64,000 bases of DNA from Obrimoposthia wandeli (GCA_977020255.1 CDROCS010000506.1:1116001-1180000); one strand, 5' to 3'; positions 40,149 through 52,102 are shown, counted from the stretch's first letter. Program-made: numbers and translations. Notes: generated by a model from the letters alone, not told the origin.

Positions 40149-43100
40149 TTAATCTAATTGACTCACCGTCATCGTTTCAGAAGTTCGTTTCTCGGAAGAA
40201 TAGCTGATCGCCTGTCCATCATCAAAATCGACCGCGTTATTACCATCGATAGCTTCACCCGAGGTCGACGTCACCTTCACAACCACTTTGTTTTTATTTA
40301 AACGTCGGCTTAAGCGATCGCCCAATACCAACATACATGGCGTTAATACTAACGTCAGCACAGTTGCAAAAGTTAACCCCCCCGCTACCGCAGTAGCCAA
40401 TTGTGACCACCACTGTGTTGATGGCGCGCCAAAGGTAGTACTGCGATTAACAATATCGACATTCATCTGCAATACCATTGGCATCAAGCCTAGAATAGTA
40501 GTGATCGTCGTCAACATCACCGGACGTAAACGTTGCGCCCCAGTGCGTAACACCGCGTCAATCGCCGTCAGCCCCTCGCGTTTGAGTACATTGTAAGTAT
40601 CAATTAACACGATATTGTTATTCACCACAATCCCGGCTAACGAGATCACCCCGATCCCAGACATAACGATACCAAACGGTTCTTGTACCACCATCAAGCC
40701 AAGGAATACCCCAACGGTAGAGAAGATCACCGCGGTTAAAATTAAGAACGCTTGATAGAAAGAGTTAAACTGGGTCACCAAAATAATCGCCATCACTGCT
40801 AATGCAATTAATAGCGCATTTTTAAGAAAATCAGCTGATTCTTGTTGGTTTTCGTTTTGACCACGTAAGCGTATTGCCACGCGAGGGTCGAGATCTAACG
40901 CTTTCATCAACGCCATTAATTTTGGCAGTTGCTCATTTAAGTTATAACCCGGCAATAAATCAGCTTCAATCTTCAGTGCTTGGCGACCATCCACTTTACG
41001 CACCGCGTCTTTTTTCTGCTCTGGCGTTAAGGTTGAAAATACACTTAATGGTACTTGCCCTACAGCCGTTTTCAGACGTAAGTCTTCTAAGCGGGAAATG
41101 TGACGGAACTGCTCAGAAAAACGCACGCGAATATCCATTTCGTCATCAACATCATCGGCGCGATAACCGCCAAGACGTAAACCCGTAGTAACAAACTGTA
41201 CGTTATTACCCACTAACAAAGCATCAGCACCGTAACGGGCTGCGACACCGCGGTCGACTTTAATCTGCCATTCGATACCGGGTTTGGCGCCATTATCACT
41301 GACATTGGTAAAGATACCCTGCGTCGCCACAAAGTCTTTAATTTTCGCTAATGTCGGTTCTAACAACTCCGGATAACGTGAGCTTAATTCCAGCTGTAAA
41401 TCTTTACCTTGCGGTGGACCACTTTCATCTTTACGCGCTTCAATTTCGATACCCGCTAAGGTCGACGTTTTCACTAAAATATCAGCAATGATCTCGTCGG
41501 CTTTACGGCGCTGTTGCCAATCAACTAAGTTAACGCGCAACGACCCTATCTGTTCGCCGTTTTGGTCACTTTTACCTGTGCGAGCATAAAGTGTTTCAAT
41601 CTCAGGCATACCCAGTAATTTGGCTTCAACTTGTTGCATTAACGTGTCTTGCTCATAGATAGAGAGATCACCTTGTGAACGCACGATAATATTAAATCCT
41701 GGCGGTTCCACATTAGGGAAAAACTCAGAACCTTGACCATAAACACCATAGGCTTTAATCACTAAAATAGAAAAGAGTACAGCACCACCTAAACACCACC
41801 ACGGCTTTTTAATCGCGCCATTCAGCACTTTAATATACCAACCCGTCATGCCCGGCATCTGGGTCACATCGCCGGTTTCAGATATTTCAGTTTGTTTCTG
41901 CTCTAATGCGGATAACTTGCGGCGACGACCAAAAATACCACCCAGTGTTGGTACAAAAATTAATGCCATCACTAACGATGCACTCAATGTAGTGATCAGG
42001 GTTAACGGCAAGTACTTCATGAACTCACCCATCATGCCCGGCCAGAACAATAACGGCGCGAAAGCCGCTAACGTGGTCGCTGTCGAGGCAATAATCGGCC
42101 AAGCCATACGTTTTGCAGCCAGAGCATAAGCCTCTTTATTACTGCGGCCTTCATTCATTTCACGATCGGCAAACTCAGTCACCACAATCGCGCCATCCAC
42201 CAGCATACCCACCGCCATGATCAGGGCGAATAGCACGACAGTGTTGATGGTATAACCCCACATTGCCAGCATCAAAATACCAGCAAGAAATGAACCCGGA
42301 ATAGCAATACCAACCAATAAAGCACTACGTGCACCCAGACTCGCAATGATCACAATGACCACCAGCAATACCGCTGACAATACGTTGTTTTGCAGATCAC
42401 TGAGCATGTCTTTTACATCTTCAGAACTGTCGGCAGTAAAATCAACTTTGATCACACCTTGCCAATAAGCACTTTCTTGATTTACTAAGGCTTTGACCTT
42501 ATCAACCGTCTCAATAATGTTCTCGCCCGGTCGTTTCTTGACTTCCAGTGATACCGCGGCTTGACCATCAATACGGGCAAACGAGACCGGATCTTTGTAC
42601 GAGCGACGAACTTCTGCCACATCACCAAAAGTAATCACACGCGTGCCATCGACTTTGACGGGGAGATCTAATACATCTTTTAACGAATCAAATACCGAGG
42701 GTACTTTAACCGGAAAACGGCCTTGACCACTGTCTAACGTACCGGCGGCAACCAATAAATTATTACGCGAGATAAGGTTATAAATATCATTCTGATCCAG
42801 GTTATAGCTTTCCATTAATAAGGGGTCGACTAAGATCTCGATCATGTCTTCGCGATCGCCACCGACACTGACTTCCAATACTTCGGTAAGCGCTTCAATT
42901 TTTTGTTTTAAGTCACGTGACACACTAATCAAGGCGCGTTCTGCCACATCACCCGACAAGATCACCGTTAATGCTGGTTTCTGCGTTGCCATACTGATCT
43001 CTCTGACCACAGGCTCTTCAGAATCATCTGGTAATTGTGCTTTGGCTAAACTGACTTTCTCACGCACGCTGGCTAAGGCAATATTACTGTCGATACCGGC

Positions 43101-43391
43101 ATGGAATTCCAGCTTGATAGATGCATGGCCTTCACTGGCTGTGGAGGTCATTTCTTTCACGCCATCAATACCACGCAGTTCTTGCTCTAGCGGCCGTAAT
43201 AATGCCCGTTCACCATCTTCTGGGGAAATACCATGGTGATTAACTGACACGTAAATAAACGGGATCGGCACATCCGGTTCTGCTTCTTTGGGAATATTAA
43301 GATAAGTCACGCTACCAGAAATTAAAATAAGCAGCAGCAACATGATAACTGTGCGGCTATGATTTAACGCAGCAGTAATAATACCGTTCAT
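40149..43391 (-). CDS. RND efflux permease (AcrB family; VexF-like by synteny with erpA/hemL)
   Basis: GMLVDGAIVV; GIVVNNNIVLID; RLRPVMLTTITTILGL. Confidence 0.93.
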   Translation of the reverse strand: MNGIITAALNHSRTVIMLLLLILISGSVTYLNIPKEAEPDVPIPFIYVSVNHHGISPEDGERALLRPLEQELRGIDGVKEMTSTASEGHASIKLEFHAGIDSNIALASVREKVSLAKAQLPDDSEEPVVREISMATQKPALTVILSGDVAERALISVSRDLKQKIEALTEVLEVSVGGDREDMIEILVDPLLMESYNLDQNDIYNLISRNNLLVAAGTLDSGQGRFPVKVPSVFDSLKDVLDLPVKVDGTRVITFGDVAEVRRSYKDPVSFARIDGQAAVSLEVKKRPGENIIETVDKVKALVNQESAYWQGVIKVDFTADSSEDVKDMLSDLQNNVLSAVLLVVIVIIASLGARSALLVGIAIPGSFLAGILMLAMWGYTINTVVLFALIMAVGMLVDGAIVVTEFADREMNEGRSNKEAYALAAKRMAWPIIASTATTLAAFAPLLFWPGMMGEFMKYLPLTLITTLSASLVMALIFVPTLGGIFGRRRKLSALEQKQTEISETGDVTQMPGMTGWYIKVLNGAIKKPWWCLGGAVLFSILVIKAYGVYGQGSEFFPNVEPPGFNIIVRSQGDLSIYEQDTLMQQVEAKLLGMPEIETLYARTGKSDQNGEQIGSLRVNLVDWQQRRKADEIIADILVKTSTLAGIEIEARKDESGPPQGKDLQLELSSRYPELLEPTLAKIKDFVATQGIFTNVSDNGAKPGIEWQIKVDRGVAARYGADALLVGNNVQFVTTGLRLGGYRADDVDDEMDIRVRFSEQFRHISRLEDLRLKTAVGQVPLSVFSTLTPEQKKDAVRKVDGRQALKIEADLLPGYNLNEQLPKLMALMKALDLDPRVAIRLRGQNENQQESADFLKNALLIALAVMAIILVTQFNSFYQAFLILTAVIFSTVGVFLGLMVVQEPFGIVMSGIGVISLAGIVVNNNIVLIDTYNVLKREGLTAIDAVLRTGAQRLRPVMLTTITTILGLMPMVLQMNVDIVNRSTTFGAPSTQWWSQLATAVAGGLTFATVLTLVLTPCMLVLGDRLSRRLNKNKVVVKVTSTSGEAIDGNNAVDFDDGQAISYSSEKRTSETMTVSQLD

Positions 43392-44536
43392 TATTGTGCC
43401 CTCGTTAAGACAGTATCGACTTGGTCACCCGCGCGTACAAAACCTTGGCCAACCGTGATCACCACAGGTTTTTTACCTAGACCTGTTAACCAAGAACCTT
43501 GCGCATCGGCTTTAAGAATATCGATTGGGGTGAAAACAACATGTTCATCAACCACCGTTTTAACCCCTATCACGCCCTCTTCGTCCAACGCTAATGTTGA
43601 TGGTGATAATTTCACAGCCCATTCTTGACGTAATGGTAATGACAGCTCGGCACTACCACCTGCCGATAGGGTTAAATCAGTATTATCAATCGCGACTTCA
43701 ATGCGGAAAGTATTGGTGGCGGCATTTGCTACCCGAGAAATGTAACGTACTTTCCCTGTAATCTCTTGGCCACTGACTAAGCGTACTTTAGCAACTTGGT
43801 CTAATTGCACATTATTGACATCAAGCTCTGTCACATCAGCTTTGATAATCAGTGGGTTAATATCTGCAATCGTCGCTATCGGATTACCTTTCGCTAAATA
43901 GTCGCCGACTTCCACATGACGTTCATTCAAAATACCCGAGATAGGCGCAATAATAACGGTTTTATCTAACTGTAACTTAATAGTAAACACATTGGTTGAG
44001 GCATCCATTAATGCGCTAGCGGCCTCTGCCAATCGAGCTTTACCTTGAAAACCTTGAGCCGCTAATTTTTCAGCACCTTGATACTCAATTTCACGTTGTT
44101 TATATAACGTCTTAGCACGCATCAATAACTGTGGTAGATCGTTTTTTTCCATACGTACAATAATGTCGCCTTTCTTAACAAAGCTACCGCGCTTAGCCAG
44201 CACAGCTTCGACTCGGCCAGCAATTTCAGCACCTAGATTAGTTTCACGATCGGCAGCCGTACGGCCATAAAGGGAAATAGAACGCGCAATCAACTGGGCA
44301 TCAAATTGCTGAGTACGTACTTGGGGAATAGGTTTGGTGACGACTGCGTTGGCAGTGTTACTCGTGGCGTTGTCTGTTTGCTCGCCTTGTCCACCAGTCG
44401 TGCCCGTTGTCATCCATAACATAAAGGCAGCCGCAATCAGCGATGCTTGAAATAATGGCTTTTTAATTATAGCCAGCGCGGTGAAGTTACTCATCATCAT
44501 TCCTTTGAACATAATTGAGTAACCATGATGCAACAT
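43391..44536 (-). CDS. RND membrane fusion protein
   Basis: Lipoyl-like half motifs (AEIAGRV...; IAPISGIL); coupled to the RND gene. Confidence 0.9.
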   Translation of the reverse strand: MLHHGYSIMFKGMMMSNFTALAIIKKPLFQASLIAAAFMLWMTTGTTGGQGEQTDNATSNTANAVVTKPIPQVRTQQFDAQLIARSISLYGRTAADRETNLGAEIAGRVEAVLAKRGSFVKKGDIIVRMEKNDLPQLLMRAKTLYKQREIEYQGAEKLAAQGFQGKARLAEAASALMDASTNVFTIKLQLDKTVIIAPISGILNERHVEVGDYLAKGNPIATIADINPLIIKADVTELDVNNVQLDQVAKVRLVSGQEITGKVRYISRVANAATNTFRIEVAIDNTDLTLSAGGSAELSLPLRQEWAVKLSPSTLALDEEGVIGVKTVVDEHVVFTPIDILKADAQGSWLTGLGKKPVVITVGQGFVRAGDQVDTVLTRAQ

Positions 44537-44796
44537 ATTTTACAAGATAGGAATGGTTGTCACCTAAAAATAAGACGATCGGTCACAAACATTAAAAAAT
44601 AAGCTATAAGCACTAATTTCTTTATAATCAAAAAGCAGTAACAGGTAATGAGGGTATTAGCAGCACGATTAATTACAGACGGGAAGATATAGAAGACATC
44701 AAAAAAGAAGGCGTAAATAAAAAATGCCGTACTTAACAAGCGCTAAGTACGGACACTATTTTTAATTAAAACCAAGGCTTAGCTTAAAGCCAGAGC

Positions 44797-45240
44797 TTAA
44801 ATTGAGAAGCTTGAACCACAACCACAAGTGGTTGTTGCGTTCGGGTTGTTCACTAAGAAGCGCGAACCTTCTAGGCCATCAATGTAATCAACAGTACCGT
44901 CAACTAAATATTGTAGGCTCATTGAATCAACAACCATAGTTACACCATTCTTTTCAATCACAGTGTCACCAAAGTTAATTTTCTCATCAAAAGTAAAACC
45001 ATAAGAGAAACCAGAACAACCACCACCAGTAACATACACGCGTAATTTAAGCGCTAGATTTTCTTCTTCTGTGATCAACTCTTTCACTCGTGCTGCAGCA
45101 TTATCACTAAAATAAATAGGTAATGCCATGTCATCTGCACTTGCTTCCACAGCAACAGGCATAACAGCTTGTTCAACAATCTCGTTATTGTCAGCCTGAG
45201 TTGCACCAACGTCTGTAAATAGTTCCATATCTGATCTCAC
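44797..45240 (-). CDS. erpA: Fe-S cluster insertion protein (start uncertain)
   Basis: [17 protein letters not shown]; TTCGCGSSF. Confidence 0.95.
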   Translation of the reverse strand: MRSDMELFTDVGATQADNNEIVEQAVMPVAVEASADDMALPIYFSDNAAARVKELITEEENLALKLRVYVTGGGCSGFSYGFTFDEKINFGDTVIEKNGVTMVVDSMSLQYLVDGTVDYIDGLEGSRFLVNNPNATTTCGCGSSFSI

Positions 45241-45335
45241 TTAAACTCGATTTATACATTCAATTATCTAATACCTGACTAATTCAGTCAACTATCGTTT
45301 GTCGGCTCTTTATCACGGATGTCTATAATCGGCGC

Positions 45336-46034
45336 TTATGACCCCGAGATCGTGTCACTGCTTTGCAATACAGCGCTCCAATCAAAGTTTTGTTTTAAAT
45401 TAAGACCTGAATTCCAACGATTGCCCTTTACCTTACCCAAAAAGGCAACGCGCTCTGGGACAAAACCCAACGGGAATTTAATCGAGGCTTCTATCGTTTG
45501 GAAGTAACGGAATGAAAATGTTAGCTTTTGCTCTTTTTCATCCACCAGTTCACTCCAACGGTACTCCGCAGGTTCACCTGCTTCACTGCCATAAAATACT
45601 AAGTCTGCGCTGGCTTTAATGTGGCGCTTTTTCTTTTGCACTTGCATCAGCACAACTTGCATAAAGTAATAGTTGTCGCTGACTTCAGGAATAAACGTCA
45701 GACTTTCTAATTGCACGCCGTTAATCACGTCTTCAGGTGCCATTATGCGTTGATAAAAAATAAGTTCACGTTTCAGTTCAGCATTTTCATTAAACAAAAT
45801 ACGTTGCTGTTCAGTTAACTGGTCGACTAAAATCTGCGAGGTTTGCAGTTCAACTTCAACTTGTGCTTTAACTTTGCTGGTTTCTGCGAAGTCGGTATTA
45901 AGACGGGCAATTTCATCATCTTTCATGGTGATTTTGGCTGCTGATTCCATGCCTTTCAAATAAGAAAAACCATAACCCAATAATATAGCGAGCGCCAATA
46001 ATACGATGTAACGTGGTTTAATAAACTTAAGCAT
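45336..46034 (-). CDS. Conserved membrane-anchored coiled-coil protein (DUF6776-like)
   Basis: N-terminal TM; LKRELIFYQRIMAPE; FSFRYFQ; lies between erpA and hemL. Confidence 0.65.
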   Translation of the reverse strand: MLKFIKPRYIVLLALAILLGYGFSYLKGMESAAKITMKDDEIARLNTDFAETSKVKAQVEVELQTSQILVDQLTEQQRILFNENAELKRELIFYQRIMAPEDVINGVQLESLTFIPEVSDNYYFMQVVLMQVQKKKRHIKASADLVFYGSEAGEPAEYRWSELVDEKEQKLTFSFRYFQTIEASIKFPLGFVPERVAFLGKVKGNRWNSGLNLKQNFDWSAVLQSSDTISGS

Positions 46035-46235
46035 GTCGGCCTTTTGTCATGATGATGCATAAAAATAAAGCGCTATTTTAACGATTCTGCCGATGAAAAC
46101 AAAGACAAGTTAAATGTAAGTCGCTAAAAATGTGAAAAAGCTACGTTTAAACGGGTTAACAGGTATAATAACGCCCTAAAATATTTTTACTATTTCTTAC
46201 TATATTGTCTCTGACTGTAGATAAAAGGATTGCAG

Positions 46236-47519
46236 ATGTCTAAATCAAGCCAACTTTTCACGCAAGCTCAAGCTATTATTCCTGGTGGCGTTAACTCACC
46301 AGTGCGCGCATTCAATGGCGTTGGTGGTAGCCCACTCTTTATTCAACGTGCCGAAGGCGCTCGTATCTACGATGTAGACGGCAATGCCTATATTGATTAT
46401 GTTGGTTCTTGGGGTCCAATGATCTTGGGTCATAACCATCCTGCAATCAAATCAGCGGTACTTGCTGCTGTTGAAAATGGCTTAAGCTTTGGCGCACCGA
46501 CTGAGATCGAAGTGATCATGGCGCAAAAAGTACAATCGATGGTGCCATCAATGGAGCAGATCCGTATGGTGAGCTCTGGTACAGAAGCGACCATGAGCGC
46601 GATCCGTCTAGCACGTGGTTACACTAATCGCGACAAGATCTTAAAATTTGAAGGTTGTTACCACGGCCATGCAGACTCATTATTAGTTAAAGCAGGTTCT
46701 GGCGCACTGACATTAGGCCAACCTAGCTCTCCAGGTATCCCTGCTGATTTTGCTAAACACACATTAACAGCAACATTTAATGACCTAGCATCAGTTGAAG
46801 CGTTATTTGCTGAATACCCAGAAGACATTTCTTGCATCATTGTAGAACCAGTTGCAGGCAACATGAACTGCATTCCACCACAAGCGGGTTTCCTACAAGG
46901 TCTACGTGTGATTTGTGATAAATACAACGCCGTACTTATCTTTGATGAAGTAATGACAGGTTTCCGTGTTGCGACAGGCTGTGCACAAGCACACTACCAA
47001 GTAAAACCAGACCTAACAACACTCGGTAAAGTAATTGGCGGCGGCATGCCAGTAGGCGCGTTTGGCGGTAAACTTGAAATCATGCAACACATTGCGCCAA
47101 CAGGTCCTGTATACCAAGCCGGTACATTATCAGGTAACCCAATTGCAATGGCGGCTGGTCTAGCGGCACTTAACGAAATTGACAAGCCAGAAGTAGCGGC
47201 GCAATTAAGTGCAAGCACCAAGCAACTTGCTGAAGGTCTTAAGGCTGCGGCGGCACGTCAAAACATCCCATTAGCGGTAAACTATGTTGGCGGTATGTTC
47301 GGATTCTTCTTTACTGACCAAGCTGAAATCACTGGTTTTGAAGGTGTATTCAAATGTGACGCAGAACGTTTCAAGCAATTCTTCCACCTTATGTTAGCTG
47401 AAGGTGTTTACCTTGCACCATCAGCATTTGAAGCTGGTTTCTTATCTACAGCACACAGCAATGCCGATATTGAAGCAACAATTGCAGCTGCTGAACGTTG
47501 TTTTGCTAAATTAGCGTAA
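46236..47519 (+). CDS. hemL: Glutamate-1-semialdehyde 2,1-aminomutase
   Basis: [12 protein letters not shown]; FDEVMTGFR; GKVIGGGMP; GTLSGNP. Confidence 0.98.
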   Translation: MSKSSQLFTQAQAIIPGGVNSPVRAFNGVGGSPLFIQRAEGARIYDVDGNAYIDYVGSWGPMILGHNHPAIKSAVLAAVENGLSFGAPTEIEVIMAQKVQSMVPSMEQIRMVSSGTEATMSAIRLARGYTNRDKILKFEGCYHGHADSLLVKAGSGALTLGQPSSPGIPADFAKHTLTATFNDLASVEALFAEYPEDISCIIVEPVAGNMNCIPPQAGFLQGLRVICDKYNAVLIFDEVMTGFRVATGCAQAHYQVKPDLTTLGKVIGGGMPVGAFGGKLEIMQHIAPTGPVYQAGTLSGNPIAMAAGLAALNEIDKPEVAAQLSASTKQLAEGLKAAAARQNIPLAVNYVGGMFGFFFTDQAEITGFEGVFKCDAERFKQFFHLMLAEGVYLAPSAFEAGFLSTAHSNADIEATIAAAERCFAKLA

Positions 47520-47895
47520 CAATCACACACCTAAAAGTATGATGAAAGTACCATTTTCATCATTTAATTAAGCCCTATTTTAGGGCTTTTTTTTGTATTT
47601 TTTTTACCTCGTAAAAGTACTAGTTAAAAATGAGCCTGGCTACTTTGGTTAAAATGACATAAATAGCGTATTAAACATGATTATTTAACTGCAAAATGTA
47701 TAATAGCCGAAAAAAATAACTGTATATCAACGGTTTTATAAAATTAATATTAACGCTAAACTTTTTTCCACACTGGCCGAAAGTATTAACAGTGAGTTGA
47801 TAGCATTAGGATTTAATGAATAAATGTCTAATACTAATTAACTAAGGACGCTTACTGTTGCGCGACATAATTACATAGATGAACATGGACTCATT

Positions 47896-48573
47896 ATGAA
47901 AAAACAACTACTTGCACTAACTCTTCTTACAGCTCTTTCAAACAACGCAATGGCTGACGCTATTGGTACCTATTTTGGTGCTGACGTATGGCAATCAGGC
48001 GTTGATGGCACAATGAGCTACAAAGGCAATGACCTTGCTACTGCTGGCTATGAAGATACTTACAATTACCGTATGTATGTGAAAGTGGAACACCCGATTC
48101 CATTAATTCCAAATGCGGCACTTAGCCTTTCAAATGTCGATGTTGAAGGCTCTTCAGCAAACGAAAATGTTAATTTAAAAACTGTTGATTTCACGCTTTA
48201 TTATGAATTCCTAGACAATGACATCGTGTCTCTTGATGCAGGTGTTACTTGGCGTCAACTGAATGGTACATTTGAAGATGGTTCTACTGATGTGTCATTC
48301 TCAGGTCCATTACCTATGGGTTATGCTTACGGCGAAGTTGGCCTGCCAATGTTCCCACTTAAAGCATTCGCAATGGTAAATGCGATTGGTATCACTGGCG
48401 ATGTATACGGCGATGCTGAAATTGGTCTAGCGTTCATGCTAAACCCAGGCTATGTATTAGATTGGTCTATCCGTGCGGGTTACCGTATTCAACAACTTGA
48501 CTTTAAAGTTGATGACGTAAAAGCTGATGCAACAATTGACGGTGTATTCCTAGGTTTAGAAGGTCACTTCTAA
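47896..48573 (+). CDS. Outer membrane beta-barrel protein (TIGR04219-like)
   Basis: Signal peptide; EHPIPLIPN; YYEFLDND; terminal F. Confidence 0.78.
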   Translation: MKKQLLALTLLTALSNNAMADAIGTYFGADVWQSGVDGTMSYKGNDLATAGYEDTYNYRMYVKVEHPIPLIPNAALSLSNVDVEGSSANENVNLKTVDFTLYYEFLDNDIVSLDAGVTWRQLNGTFEDGSTDVSFSGPLPMGYAYGEVGLPMFPLKAFAMVNAIGITGDVYGDAEIGLAFMLNPGYVLDWSIRAGYRIQQLDFKVDDVKADATIDGVFLGLEGHF

Positions 48574-48772
48574 ACACCAAGCATAGTTAAAATAAATAGC
48601 TAATATAGATAAAAGGCGAGCATCAAGCTCGTCTTTTTTGTTTTCAAATTTAGACAAGATCTCCCTACCTAATACAAACGCTTACATTCAACACATACGC
48701 TTACATCTCATCGATTGAATCAGATTTTCTTAAATGCTCTAATAATTCTTTATATTATTATAAGGATTTAAA

Positions 48773-49054
48773 ATGAAAAAGTTATTCGTACTATCTGTAC
48801 TTGTTATGGGATTGTCTGGTTGTTCTGGTATTCATCAAACAGATGAAACATTTGGTGCACACGCTGAGAATATGAACATATTGTTTATGCAATTCCCAGG
48901 TGGCAGCACTCAAGAACGCGCAATGGAATTAGCGCCTGAAAATGCTGAAATTGTGACAATTAACTCAACCGCTTCAGATACCTCATCGGTACTGGGTGTG
49001 CTAAATCGTATCGTTGGTGTTGATCAAACTAAAGTTGCAGGCACGATCAAATAA
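48773..49054 (+). CDS. Small lipoprotein
   Basis: Lipobox GLSGC; AAGGA RBS. Confidence 0.75.
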   Translation: MKKLFVLSVLVMGLSGCSGIHQTDETFGAHAENMNILFMQFPGGSTQERAMELAPENAEIVTINSTASDTSSVLGVLNRIVGVDQTKVAGTIK

Positions 49055-49132
49055 AAAAACAGTTCTGGTTCGCTACACCCTGTATAGCGAACCAATACTC
49101 AAAGCGCGATTCTTAACTCACAATCCCTCAGC

Positions 49133-51415
49133 TTAATTCACCGCTAAACTATCTGCACCACGTAGTTTCATGTAATCGCCAAAGACCGTCAATGCACCGC
49201 TCGATCCTGTTAATGTCGAGGTTTTGTTATCATCACGACCAACCCATACGGTAACGACATCGCGATTATCTAATCCGACAAACCAGCTATCACGAAGCTT
49301 ATCGGTAGAACCGGTTTTGCCCGCAAAATTAATACCTGGGAATTGCCAGCTTAAACGGCGCGCAGTACCTTGTTTGGCGACCAAGGTCATATTATAAATC
49401 GTCAGGTCGGTATATTTACGATCAAAACGACGATTACCTTTCAGGTCTTGTTGGTAAACCAAATCACCATCTTCATCTACCACAGCGATTAAGCTCGTTA
49501 ACTTATGGTATTCGCCTGCTGTCGCAATCGTTTGATACATTTGTGACACTTGAAATGGCGACATATTTAACGCGCCTAACAGCATCGATGGATAGTGATT
49601 ATCGACCTTTTTAATACCCAGACGTTTTAAACTTTCAATCACATTATCAATCCCCAGCGCCATGCCTAAATTAACCGTAGGGACGTTAAGCGACTGCATC
49701 AAAGCTTGATACAAGGGCACTTCACCACGGTATTTTCGATCATAATTTTTCGGTTGCCAATTATTACCATATTGGTTATTCAAGCGCAGCGGTTTATCTT
49801 CTAACGGTGAGTTAAGATCATAACCTTGTTCAAACGCAGTTAAATAAATCGCCGGTTTAACCACTGAACCAATCGAACGTGACGCATCAAGCGCACGGTT
49901 AAAACCGGCATACTGGGTATTACGCCCACCGACCAGAGCCGTCACCCGACCATAGTGGCGGTCAGTAACGACCATTGCCGTTTCTAAGCCCGAAATATTA
50001 CGGGCTTTCTCTAATCGTGGCAAACTTTGGGTTATCGCCTTTTCAGCAGCACGCTGCGCAAGGGGATCTAAACTAGTAAATATTTTCAATCCTGATTGAT
50101 CATAGAGTGCATCACCAAACGTAGTTTTTAACTCTCGACGCAATAACGACATAAATGCGGGTGCTTTTGATACGCTCATGTGGCCACGCGGAATAATACC
50201 CAAGGGTCTAGCGATTGCGGCGCGATATTCAGCAGTGCTAATCTTGCCATTTTTAGCTAATAAACGAATGATCATGTCACGACGTTCAAGCGCACGTTCA
50301 GGGTAACGCCATGGATCATAAAACGACGGGCCTTTCACGACAGCAACCAAGAATGCCATTTGATCTATGCTCAATTCTGGTACAGGTCGTCCAAAATAAA
50401 AGTAACTCGCTAAACCAAAGCCATATACACCATCACTGTAATTTTGGCCTAAATAAACTTCGTTAAGGTAACCACTTAATACCGCATCTTTACTTAAACG
50501 ATAGTTAATTAACAATGCCATGTAGGCTTCGTTAAACTTACGCCAAAAGCTACGCTGACGGGTTAAAAAGAAGTTTTTGACTAACTGCTGCGTTAAGGTA
50601 CTGCCGCCTTGCACAGTGCGTCCAGCATTCATATTAGCGAATGCTGCACGGACAATCGCAACAGGCGATACGCCGCTGTGATGGTAGAAATTACGGTCTT
50701 CCACCAGCAATAAAGTATCAATTAATAGTTGTGGGTAATTTTGTAATTCCACCAAGATACGGTCTTCTTGGTTAGGTGCTTGCAAGGTATCAAGCAACAT
50801 AGGATCGAGATTAACTGAATTAAGGTATTTACCGGTTTTCTGATCGCGAATACTGACTAAGCGGTTATCAGCAAAGGTTAAAAATAGCGCTTGATTAGGC
50901 TCTGTTCCATCCAGATAAGTAAAGCTGCGGCGTAATAATTCGACTTTAGTCTTCGACACGGCAAACTGTCCCGCAGTGCGTGGTTTTGCGACTTTTAAAT
51001 AATTCAGCAATACCAGTTCTTCAACCAGCTTATCGTGGGGTAAAAACATGCCAGGGGTCAGCTCAAGACTGCGCGCATAGATCTGCGCAGGGGTTTTCCA
51101 AATAGGTCCAGAGAATCGCGCTTGGATCTTGCTGTCTAAATACATGCCATAAAGCACAAAGATGGCCGAAAATGCCAAGCTAAATTTAAACATAAAAATG
51201 GCAAGACTGCGTGTCCAAGGTCGTTGTTTAGCTTTACTGATTTTTTTCTTGGTGGTTTTTCTGGCGGTCGTTTTTTTGGCTGCTGGTTTTGTTGCGGCTT
51301 TTGTTGATAGTTTTGTTGCTGGTTTAGCGGGTGCTTTGCGTTTGCTGACCGGCTTTTTGGGATCATCAGTTACGGGACGTTTAGCCAAGAGAAAGGGTCC
51401 TAGAAATTGCATCAA
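49133..51415 (-). CDS. mrcB: Penicillin-binding protein 1B
   Basis: UB2H region; EDRNFYHH; QGGSTLTQQLVKN; SVVK (SxxK); SLN; KTG. Confidence 0.96.
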   Translation of the reverse strand: MMQFLGPFLLAKRPVTDDPKKPVSKRKAPAKPATKLSTKAATKPAAKKTTARKTTKKKISKAKQRPWTRSLAIFMFKFSLAFSAIFVLYGMYLDSKIQARFSGPIWKTPAQIYARSLELTPGMFLPHDKLVEELVLLNYLKVAKPRTAGQFAVSKTKVELLRRSFTYLDGTEPNQALFLTFADNRLVSIRDQKTGKYLNSVNLDPMLLDTLQAPNQEDRILVELQNYPQLLIDTLLLVEDRNFYHHSGVSPVAIVRAAFANMNAGRTVQGGSTLTQQLVKNFFLTRQRSFWRKFNEAYMALLINYRLSKDAVLSGYLNEVYLGQNYSDGVYGFGLASYFYFGRPVPELSIDQMAFLVAVVKGPSFYDPWRYPERALERRDMIIRLLAKNGKISTAEYRAAIARPLGIIPRGHMSVSKAPAFMSLLRRELKTTFGDALYDQSGLKIFTSLDPLAQRAAEKAITQSLPRLEKARNISGLETAMVVTDRHYGRVTALVGGRNTQYAGFNRALDASRSIGSVVKPAIYLTAFEQGYDLNSPLEDKPLRLNNQYGNNWQPKNYDRKYRGEVPLYQALMQSLNVPTVNLGMALGIDNVIESLKRLGIKKVDNHYPSMLLGALNMSPFQVSQMYQTIATAGEYHKLTSLIAVVDEDGDLVYQQDLKGNRRFDRKYTDLTIYNMTLVAKQGTARRLSWQFPGINFAGKTGSTDKLRDSWFVGLDNRDVVTVWVGRDDNKTSTLTGSSGALTVFGDYMKLRGADSLAVN

Positions 51416-51506
51416 ATACGATCTAATACGATAAAATAAAAAAACGTAATAAAGAATCGTTAGTTTACCCTGTTCCCAGCTCCCAACTCAACCATTGCGA
51501 GGCTAT

Positions 51507-51995
51507 TTACACGACCTTAACCATATATAATTCATTGTCAGCTAGGTCGTCAATCATCCCTGACGGCTTTACAGCTTGTAGCTTAAACCCAGCCTTTTTA
51601 TAAAATGCTATCGCGTTTTTATTGTCTATCATGACGGTTAATTCAAGCTGTTTTAATTTATGCAGCCTAGCCCAGCCGTCAATATGCAACAATAACTGCC
51701 GCCCAAGCCCTCTGCCAATACTCGCTTGTTCAATGCCAATAACCACGGATACCCGCTGACTATCGCCACTAATGTAACCTGTGATAGCAATCGAAAATCC
51801 GAGCAGCTTATACTCGTCTGACTCGATCACATACAGCACTTGGGCAGGCGAGTTAATAAATAACGTCAGATGCTCACAGAGTTCAGCTGCACTATTTTGT
51901 TCACCCATCGCCATAAACGGGGTTTCGTCATTCAGTTGCGAAAGTAGTGTGGTCAAAGCTTGCGCATCACTGACTTTGACGGGTCGGATTATCAT
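51507..51995 (-). CDS. GNAT acetyltransferase
   Basis: GRGLGRQLL; NKNAIAFYKKAGF. Confidence 0.88.
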   Translation of the reverse strand: MIIRPVKVSDAQALTTLLSQLNDETPFMAMGEQNSAAELCEHLTLFINSPAQVLYVIESDEYKLLGFSIAITGYISGDSQRVSVVIGIEQASIGRGLGRQLLLHIDGWARLHKLKQLELTVMIDNKNAIAFYKKAGFKLQAVKPSGMIDDLADNELYMVKVV

Positions 51996-52102
51996 GATAA
52001 ATACTCTCTACTAACGCCGAAGGTTATAACGCCTGAAAATGACGAATTAAAAATTGAAAGTTGAAAATTAACAATTGCAGGAAACAAGCGTATCATAGGC
52101 GC

